Shown here: piece after piece, positions 13,449-22,692 of the stretch
Layout: every line of letters starts with the position of its first letter
Position numbering within the stretch: position 1 is the first letter of the stretch
Assembly (NCBI GenBank): GCA_951804945.1
Contig: OX638152.1
Location: 30,566,001-30,630,000, forward strand
Length of the DNA: 64,000 nucleotides
Direction of reading: 5' to 3'
Source: Podarcis cretensis
Taxonomy: Eukaryota
Notes under the pieces: model-generated
What the model was told of the DNA's origin: nothing
The model's input: the letters and a program-made list of their open reading frames with translations, nothing else
The model's database searches: none
Program-made: the position numbers and the translations under genes

Positions 13449-13970
13449 TGTCACAATTGGAATGGGCAGGATGAGTTTGTGGCATACCTGAATAAGACTA
13501 ACAAAGAGGCTTTTAGGCCTGGCTGAGGTTTAAGGTTAGGCCTCAGTTCTTCCTTCATGTCCAGTACTGCTCTCTCCAAACTCAGGACCAAACTAGATGT
13601 GATGTGATTACATAACGTAGATGCCGTGCTCCAGTGGATGCTCTCAGGGACTAGGATTCCAGTCCAGGGAGGTATAAGCCTCGAACACAGAACAAGTCGC
13701 CAATGAGAGTTGGGATGATGGTGCATCGGTGTCCAAAACAAACCAAGGAAGAGCACTGAGGATTAGTCCAAGTCCTTAACACAATCCAGAGGTAAGTTCA
13801 GGCAACCGTCAAAAGTCAGTACCAAAGGGAATACCAGCAAAATACAGTACAGCAAGGAAGGCTCCTTGGTTTACAAGAGGCCAAACCATGACGACCACAT
13901 TGTGTGTACTGCACATGTACTGCAGCATGTGCTAGAGTGCATTGTCTCAAAGTCTGGCAGACTTATGACA
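13449..13970. mobile_element. Possible solo LTR
   Basis: About 520-bp segment bounded by TGTCA...TGACA; the TSD is not clean. Confidence 0.4.
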
Positions 13971-14027
13971 CACTTGCTTCCATTGATATATAGGCTTTCC
14001 TTGTTACTTCTGGAATCAGAAAACTCT

Positions 14028-14028
<1 letters not shown>

Positions 14029-14067
<39 letters not shown>

Positions 14068-14074
14068 CTCTCTC
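14029..14074. repeat. (CT)n microsatellite
   Basis: Direct tandem repeat. Confidence 0.97.
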
Positions 14075-14086
14075 AACACTACATGG

Positions 14087-14265
14087 GGACATAGGAAGCT
14101 GTCTTATACTGAATCAAACCATTGTACTTCTTGCTCGGTATTGTTTATATTGACTTGCTTTGGCTTTCTAGAGTTTCTGTTCCTAGTCTTTCCCAGCCCT
14201 GCCTGGATAGTCAGCCTGGTGTCTTCAGCATGCAAAAGAAATGCTCTGCCAGTGACCTAGGGTCG
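14087..14265 (-). mobile_element. tRNA-Ala-derived SINE (Squam2-like)
   Basis: Tail ggacataggaagctgtcttatactgaatcaaaccattg and head cagcatgcaaaagaaatgctctgccagtgacctag; reverse complement of the family seen at 30765. Confidence 0.8.
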
Positions 14266-16471
14266 TATTCTCTAAACTGTACAAGTCACCTTTGAAAATG
14301 CTAAAGGATGCATTTCCCCCCTCCATCCCAAGTTAGAACTTATTTTAATTAAGTATGAGCTGTGGTATACCCTTAAATATTCTGAATTCCACACTGAACT
14401 TTCGTGATGGGCTGTGTTAGAATCAGAAACAGTAAATAAGTTAACCAGTAACAAATAGCCTCTTGAATCCCAGAAGTGATAAATTCCTTCCCTAAATCAA
14501 TGCCCATGTTTCCCAAGTGACATGCTGCAATCTTTTACTGCAATTGTGTAACTTGGAATAAATTTCAAACGCTTCAAAGACAACCTGCTGAACTCTCTGG
14601 CCTAAAGTGATTATTAAAGGCGCAGATGTGCCTGGTCAGGTTTTGGCAGCTTTACACATGGTTGAGGTATCCATTCTGTAGATGGCTGGGGCAGAATCTA
14701 GGATAAAATACGGGGATGCTTATTTTCTACCACTATGTGCTTTATTTCCAATACTGCACTTTAATTTATAGGACCATCCTTTCCTCTCCAGCCTATCGTC
14801 TTGGAAGGTAATCAGAAATCAATTAACTGAACTTAAATGCGCAAGAGCTATCTGAAGCGTTCAGCTTGCATTTCAGCAAACCAGTTAATTGGCCTTTCCC
14901 TCTGTTCATTTTTCCTTGGTACTAGGCTAGCAGTCAGCAGATCCATTTTCATTCTAGTTACCGAGGCACTGTTCCTTTCCTTTGTAATTTATCATAGCTT
15001 TTATTGAAGTGCCCTGTATCCAAGATGTTCTTCCGAATCAAAATGTATTGCTTAGCAAACACTTGAGAAGGAGAACTAAAATAGACTTTGGATACCCAGA
15101 CAGTGGAGGCAGGAGGAATATTGGGCCTGAGCACTGAAGTTCAAATAAATTTTAAAAGGTAAATGATATTGGCGCTCAATTTACTATTTTTGCCCCTCCA
15201 ACATTGTACACGTGTCTTCTAACAGGGAAGTCACACACAGTTACAATTTGTACCTGTGAGAATGAAGCCCTCAAAAATTCGATTCTAGAGCACATCGAGG
15301 GAAGACTACAATATTAGGCTTTGCAAAATATGCCCACCTGTGGAAAGAAACTGACTACCAGAGAGAGCCATTTTCCATTCTATTACTTTTACAGTGCTGA
15401 ATGGAATTTGGAATACAAGGCACTCAACTAAGACTTGCCTGCCGGTATCTGCCACTGAGACAGATGTGACTGTTGATTCCGCCTGCATGACTTCTGAGAG
15501 GATCCAGCTTTCTGTATATTGCTGCATGGACTCATTGATCACAGTGGCATGCAGAAAGCCGATCCATATAGAGCGTGCATGATCAACAGTCACACAACTG
15601 CTTCAGCAGGTGGCACTAACATATGTAGTAGTTACAGTGCTGGAGGAGGTTGTGTCATGTGTGGCTGAGCTCTTAAGCTGGTCATAGCAAGGTTATTGTG
15701 TCAAATAAATTTGATGTTGCTTACAAAGTAGTTGAGTGGGTATTTGCAAGGAGGGAAGATAAGTTGATGCCTTACAAACAAAGGCATCATGTTAGTCACG
15801 AAGAAAATGATCTGATTAAAATGTATGTCAAGGGATAAAGACAATGAGAGGGCAAACAAATTGCATAGTAGATTTGATTGCAATTAATGGGAAGTAATTG
15901 TAACACAGATGTGCCTAGAATCAAAAATGTAACTGCCACACTTTCAATATAATGCCTTTCTTTGGGCTTAATTCATATTGCAAAGAAAGAGTAAAGCAGG
16001 ACTATTCATGAAGCTACAGCTGGAGAACAAGGTTATCTATTTCTTCCATCTACATTAATATTTTACTATACTACTTGGTGCTAATGGGAACTTTTATTGC
16101 GGTACGAATATAACCCCAATACATTACAGACTATTAAACAGCTCATAAGGTTATTTAATGATACCTTTTCCCATCCTTCTTTTTTTGGCAAGCCACACCT
16201 TTGGCTCATCATTATTTGCAAAGTGCACTGCAGCCTGAGCACTCATGCATATTTCTGTTCTATTATTTGAATATTTATTGAGTTAATATAGGTCTCCTTT
16301 GCATATATGAGAGTAGAGTGGTTGGCATCTGCTAAGAAATACAATATTGGACTGTTCAAAAAGTCTGGAACAGTTTGATAAGCTAGAAATATACACCATA
16401 GAAGGCAAACTTTTTTATTTTATGGAAAGATGAGAACTCAATAATAAGAACAAATGTATGTATCCAGATAC

Positions 16472-16670
16472 CTCTATTATCCTCACAGAGCTACAATTCC
16501 CATAGTTCCCTGGGAGGAAGGCTTGACTGTTAAACCACTTAGGGAATTGTAGCTTTGTGAGGGAAATAGGGGATCTCTTAACAACCCTCAGCAACCTTAG
16601 CAAACTACAGTTTCCAGGATTCTTTGGGGGAGCTGTGACAGTTAAAGTGGTATAAGAGTGTTTTAAGATT
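16472..16670. mobile_element. Squamate palindromic non-autonomous DNA element
   Basis: Internal inverted repeat cacagagctacaattccc / gggaattgtagctttgtg; a related fragment lies at about 49905-50020. Confidence 0.7.
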
Positions 16671-17474
16671 GAAAATGGCCCCAGACTAGAGCCACTTAGT
16701 GACTAAGTCATATACACACAGGCACTGTTTTTAAGACAAGACCATTTCTCATGCTACTTTCAACAACCAGATGCACAATCTTGGAGGTGACACTCACATC
16801 TTCAAAATGTACAGGAACACAGTATTTAAATGTGTGCGCTCAGACATAGAAACTCGTTCACAATCTTGCCCACGTACTGCTATTTATAATTTTATAACAC
16901 TGGCAGAATGCCTTCCAGTAATTATTGTACCTTCTCAGCAGTCCTTTAAATAGGGCTCATTGTCCCTCTGAACTGTGTCAGATACTATGTGTTGCTTATT
17001 TTTTCATATTTGTGTTCTGCCTGTCTTTTGTCATAGAACCCATGTGGTTCCCAAATGGTCACTTGTCCAGAGACTGACCACCCTTAGACATGTTTGGCTT
17101 TTGCAATGTAGAGGTGTCATGTGTGTTCCAATGATGTCCATTGGAGAAATGGGGCTATATTACTTTCTATATTACTATATTACTTTCATTATTTATTTAT
17201 GTTATAAAATTCATTTCATATATGAGGAGCTGGGGATCACTGACTCAAGGGAATGAGATCCTAATGGACTGCATCTCCCTAGTCCAACGTTCTCCACTCT
17301 TCACTTGATTTCTCCAGCTCTTTACACAGATCTTTCACCTGACATGATTTTATCTAAAACTTTAGTGTGCGTATGAACAAGCATTTGATTATACTGCTGC
17401 CACCTCTGAAGTCCTTGGGAACCTAAGCTAGGAGCTTTATCTGAACAGTTTAGCTCAGCCTACAGTTTGAGCTA

Positions 17475-17705
17475 CAGTGGTACCTTGGTTGTCAAACTAA
17501 ATCCATTCCGGGAGTCCGTTCGACTCCCAGAACCGTTTGAAAACCAAGGTGTGGCTTCCTGCACTCAATGAGAAGCCGTGGAAGCCACATTGGTTGTTCA
17601 ACTTCCAAAAAAAGTTTGCAAATCAGAACACTTACTTCTGGGTTTGCGGCGTTCGGGAGCCAATTTGTTCGGAAGCCAAGTCATTTGACAACCAAGGTAC
17701 CACTG
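17475..17705. mobile_element. Tc1/mariner (pogo/Tigger-type) MITE, second family
   Basis: 22-bp TIR CAGTGGTACCTTGGTTGTCAAA / TTTGACAACCAAGGTACCACTG; TA on the left, TT on the right. Confidence 0.93.
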
Positions 17706-20309
17706 TTTTTAATTGAAAATACCTGCAAACAAGTGTGCTTAAAACTGCAGCAAGTAAGTGCCATGGAAGGATTTAGTATTTCAATGTTTTGAGTTATGAA
17801 TGTGAGTGGAAGAGCAGTGGCATCAAGCTTATTTGTGTGTATGTTTCTGAATTTCTAATTCAGAATGAAATCTCCTTTGGAAAGTGTTGTATCTCTCTCC
17901 CCCCTCAATGTTTGAGCAAAGATGTGATATGACAGTGTTAAAGATTAGAAGATGAGAGCAGGAAGGATTTGGGTGCAGAGAGGAAGTGAGGAGGATTAAT
18001 CATCTTGATAATATTGCCTTGAATAAGAAGGAAGAGCATGGTCAGGAAAAATTAAAGCCTAGTGGTTGGATAACTTCTTGAGATACCCATTAGAAGGGAT
18101 TGGATTTCTAATCTGAACTCTGTGCACTCCATTAAGCAGGATTGGAATATACAGCATGGTGCTGTCACATGCAGCTTTGGCGCCTTTGATTAAATTGATT
18201 GCTTTGCGGGATGGAAGAGGAAGTTAGTTCGGATGAACTCTTTCCCTAAACTCCTGAGTCGTTTAAAGCAGCCACTGTGCTGCACTTAATGGCTGCGCTC
18301 CAAGGGACTTGCTCCTACGTCATGCATGGCTCCTCTGAGAGACCGCCCCGTATGGGAGCAGAGCAATTTGCTTTGAGCTGCTGCATGGTGTGCTGGTGAA
18401 GCTGCTTCCCACAGAGGTCACTCTAGTAGAGCAACATGGCAGAAACGATGCTGAGTGTGCACACAGGACACAAGGCCCAGGAGGAAGATGTTAATGGTTT
18501 TTAGTCGACAAGTCTTCCTTAATGCCTAGTGCAGATCCATAGGCAGAGTTGCCTGAGGAAAGATGAAAAATTAATGGGGGAGATTTTCACCCAAGCTGCC
18601 TCGCATGCCATTTTTAATTATGTTGGTAACATGATGGCCTTTTTCTGCCTGAGAAGAGGTGCCAGAGAGAATGCAAGGTGCAGGACTGGGGCAGGGAGAG
18701 AATGAAATAGCCTAGCAATGAGGAGGCCTTTAAACTTCTGCTTCTAATGTTGTAGAAGTCTTGCTCCAAATTTAGCTTCTGTAATGGGCCAAACCAAAGC
18801 AGGCTGCAGTCTAATATTTGTTATGGAGTCAATATAACAGTATGTGAAGTCGGTTATCTGTGCTTGGGAGGTACAGTGATATGGTGGCCTCAGTCCTTCC
18901 TGGAAGACTGGTCCTAGAGAGTGGCATGGGTGTGTGTGATATTTTCTCCACACTATGGCCTTTAATCTTTGGTCTGCTTCAGTTTGTTTAACATGCATAT
19001 GGAACCAATGGGAAGGATGGTGGTTCCATATATATGCATGTTAAATAGCATATGCATGTTAAAGTGCCAATGGTGGGCAAAGTTGGGCACTGGCTGAGGG
19101 CCGTAGGGGCTCAAAAGTTTCTTAATAGCTTGACTTAACTGGTCACCACTTGCCATCCTCTGCAGTGGACCTCTGAATTGGTGTTTTAGTGGCAACCAAG
19201 CTCCGTTTCAATCTTCTAATAATGAGCTCAACTGCTGAATGCCAACAGACCCACTGAGAAAGCAAGAGGGGAGATATCAACATGCTTGGGGAAGGGGAAC
19301 CCCTGAGACTTGCAGAACTGCAACAAATTTTGGAAGAACAAAGAAACTCAGTGAGGACTGAGCATGCTCAGTAGTCACAGAACACTGATTCACTAAGATT
19401 CCATTCCAACCTATTCTTTCATGACTTGATTCTTTTTGGGAATGCAATGAATAATAACTTCATTCAGAAGTCTTATTAGAGCCATTTTGGCATTCCTCCT
19501 CATTCTTTGAAATATATGTAGTTCTTAGCTCATGTTTTTCACATGCCATGGTGCCTATTTAAATATGCCAACTTGGTTATTATTTTATGAGGGAACAATA
19601 TCCCCTTTCACTTTGATTCCAGTAACTGGATGTCAGAGGCAAATGATCAAGAACATTTTGAAGGTTAGGTTTCCCCCCTCCCCAAGTCTTTAGCTTAGAT
19701 CTGGGATATAACCAACTCAGTGACAACAACATAACTAGGCGTTGTGGTTGTTGTTCCTGTTTTTAAAAAGCTGTTGGATCAAACCATCTTCTATATACAG
19801 TTATCTACAGAGTCTAGACAGTAATGCCACCCCCCACCCTCTCCAGGGTGCACGATGTGCAGAATTTCCTTCCAATTAAAAATCTAATTACAATTGGACC
19901 AAATGTTTTCTCACTTGTAATACAAAAATGAATTTTCTTATATTGATCCACTGAATGGCAATTAATAAGAACATAAAATGACACACACACACCCTTATCT
20001 GTTAATTTGTTCAGCCCCATTTTCTCCTTCACTTCCTGATTCCAGTTGGTTATTGGTCACTTACGCAATGATGTGATGCCAATTTCATAATGTCAATTCC
20101 AGGTGAGCACAGTGCTTCTTGTGCTTATTCTGAATTGGTTTTGTGGCAATGACATTTAGTAGAGGACAAAAAAAATGCATATCATATTATGAATCAGGCA
20201 AGTCATTCTCACTGTTCTTCCTAGGCCATACTCTGGGGAGCCATGGGCAAGCTGCCTTGAGTGGCTTCCCATGCTGGTGCCCTTTCTGCTGACTTCTGTG
20301 GTTTTCTAG

Positions 20310-20423
20310 ATGGCATGCTGGCCACTTGCGTCGGCAGTGCTTTTGAGTGGAGCTGCAGGTCTGTAGCAGACATTGGCAGCAGCACCATCATAATTACACT
20401 GGCCTCATACCTGATGTACTTAC
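20310..20423 (+). other. Candidate internal exon of an unidentified host gene
   Basis: Branch-like CTGAC, then gttttctag acceptor, and TAC|GTGAGT donor. 114 nt, open in phase 1-1 (GMLATCVGSAFEWSCRSVADIGSSTIIITLASYLMYL). Protein not recognised. Confidence 0.3.
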
Positions 20424-20774
20424 GTGAGTGTCTGTCTGCACCAGCAGCAAGAGTTCTAGTGGTTTGCACATGCCCTAAGGTTATTCCCAGGCAATGCTAA
20501 ATGTCACCTCAAGGGCTCCAAGGTACCTAGGGAAATGAGGGGGCAGTGGTGACATTCATATTAGTCTGTTTTAAGTTATATTAATATAACATATCCTATA
20601 TTTGGTACTTCTTAACTTAGCATTAGAAAGGCTGATCTTTGCACTTATTTAATAATTGGGTTAGAACTTAGAATACTGTACTGAATTATTTCTGAAACAG
20701 TACCTCTGCATTAAAGGGACTCCAACTACTGTTCATGTGGTTGGAGGTTCAGTGAATGTGTTAATAGTGAAATA

Positions 20775-20913
20775 TAGGGGTGGGGAACCTGTACGCCTCC
20801 ATTTGTTTGTTAGACTACAGCTCCCATTATCCCTGACCATTAGAAATGGTAGCTTGGGGCTAATAGTAGGTGGGGTCTGAGAACATCTGGAGAGCCAAAG
20901 GTCCCCATTCCTA
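20775..20913. mobile_element. hAT-type palindromic MITE, degraded
   Basis: Termini TAGGGGTGGGGAACCT / AGGTCCCCATTCCTA; internal gactacagctcccattatccctgacc core resembles the 12889 element. Confidence 0.75.
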
Positions 20914-21065
20914 TATACCCCCTTTATCAGAATATCACAGGACAGTTTACAGCATAAAAATACAAACTGAAAACACAAAATGCATATCATAATAACAAGT
21001 AAGAACCAATAGCTCCCTCCCACAAATGCTTTCAAAAGGCCATAGATTATTTAATCAACCACAGA
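20914..21065 (-). mobile_element. L2 LINE 3'UTR fragment
   Basis: Shares ctcccacaaa...aaaaggccataga with the L2 tail at 34464-34600. Confidence 0.7.
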
Positions 21066-21802
21066 ACACTGAGAATTAGGGCAAGGGGTGGGGCTTGCAA
21101 TGGAGGGAAGTATCCCAGAAAGGGGTATAGCTATCTGGAAACATGAAAAGGAGCACTTCAAAGAGACCTTGTCCCGCTTGGTAAAGGGTGGAGAAAATTT
21201 GTTCTGGTTTGGGACACCAGGGGCTGGAATTTCTTGATGGTTAGCACAACAAGCAAATCAATTGAAGCTTTACCCTGGGGTATGTTATTAAACGTTACTT
21301 CATATGTCTTGTGTGTTTTGTAATGTTGACAACCCAGACAGGAAGCATTTTGCTATTTTACCTGATTATTTCCCAGTAGCAAGTACATGAGCATAAACAG
21401 TTTGCCTTTATTCAACACATGTCATTGCATTCTTATACAAAATGCCATTGGCAAGAAATCACCAGAGTAATACCCACTGGATCAACGGGATCTTTAATTT
21501 CCTCTGGCGGGGGAAGTACCTTTATCATAACACCACTGAATTATTTACCACAAATGAATGTAGTAGAAGTCATAGATGAAATGTTGCACTGTATATGTAG
21601 CCACCACTGAAAACAGTAGCAGTGTGCTTAGTACTTCCCTTCTCTGTGTGGCGGGCGTTGGATTTAAAAATGTTTTGTACTTCGGCACCCCTCCATGCAT
21701 GGTTATATCTTTGTCTTGTTTTGCAGTTGTCATGCTTTGGCTCCAGTTCTGTTGGCACTCAGTCATTTGAGTTTGCCATCTGATGGAATTTTTCATTATT
21801 TT

Positions 21803-21818
21803 CATCATCATCATTATC

Positions 21819-21850
<32 letters not shown>
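21803..21850. repeat. (ATC)/(ATCATT)n microsatellite
   Basis: Direct tandem repeat. Confidence 0.95.
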
Positions 21851-21851
<1 letters not shown>

Positions 21852-22289
21852 GCAAAATTTGCTAGGCAATGTACACATATTAGAAACAACACTGGTCGTG
21901 CCCACACAGATAAGAGGTTAACTGCTTTTAAGTTTGCATTAACTGCATCAGTGCTGAAATGAGGCATGAAACAAGGGCCAGTGTAACAACCTGTGTAAAC
22001 CCTGTGATATTGTGCTTAAAATTTACTAGTTGAGACAGAGGTAAACAGCTCAATTCCTTCTGCTGCAAAAATCTGTGCATGTATCCTCCATGCCCCCAAC
22101 TGTTGTTATCCATTTTTCCTGGTTGAAAAGGGTTTTGATTTTCTTATACAGACCTGCTAGAGCAGTCAACCCTGATCATCTTCATACTGCGAGTTGACAT
22201 AAGAGATGCCTGCATGTAAATGATTAGTCACAGGAGTTGCAGAAATTCCTTTATAGAAGGATTTTTGAAATCCAACCAAGGTTGTGTAT

Positions 22290-22692
22290 TCCCAAGGTCC
22301 AGTGAGAGTTGCAATTAAATGAGGGAATTGGGTATGTTTAGCAGCACCAGGTTTAGGGCATTGTGGGTGTTTCTCACACACAGGGCCCTGAGTTGAGGGG
22401 GAGCACAACTGAGAAAATCCATTTTGAGGCACCAAATATTGATCTTGCACAGATTGCCTTATGAAAGATTACTGAAGTCTGCCCCTGTGTTTAGCCTGGA
22501 TAAGAAGCGACTGAGAAGAGATATGATAGCCATCTTCAAATATCTAAAGGGTTGCCACATAGACGATGAAGCAAACTAGTTTTCTCCTTGCTCTGGCGGG
22601 TAGGACCCAAACAAATGGCTTCAAGTTGCAAGAAAGGATATTCCGAATAAACCCCAGGAAGACCTTTGTGATGGTAAAATCTGTTTGACAGT
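22290..22692 (+). mobile_element. CR1 LINE ORF2 C-terminal fragment (split by a MITE)
   Basis: gagggaattgggtatgtttag|...|cctggataagaagcgactgagaagagatatgatagccatcttcaaatatctaaaggg, translating to KRLRRDMIAIFKYLKG. Confidence 0.9.
22342..22487. mobile_element. hAT-like MITE inserted in CR1
   Basis: Flanked by duplicated TGTTTAG(C) at 22335 and 22488; ends ...gtctgcccctg. Confidence 0.6.

Noticed and set aside
19357-19372. 16-bp palindrome ACTGAGCATGCTCAGT
   Set aside because: Probably the centre of an old DNA-transposon remnant; termini could not be defined.
21545-21967. 140-aa ORF with an IMIMIM run
   Set aside because: Produced by the (ATCATT)n microsatellite; no recognisable domain.
22448-22486. 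LPYERLLKSAP read as the DIRS LPFGL.SAP motif
   Set aside because: It falls inside the TSD-flanked MITE within the CR1, so it is coincidental and was not used as evidence.
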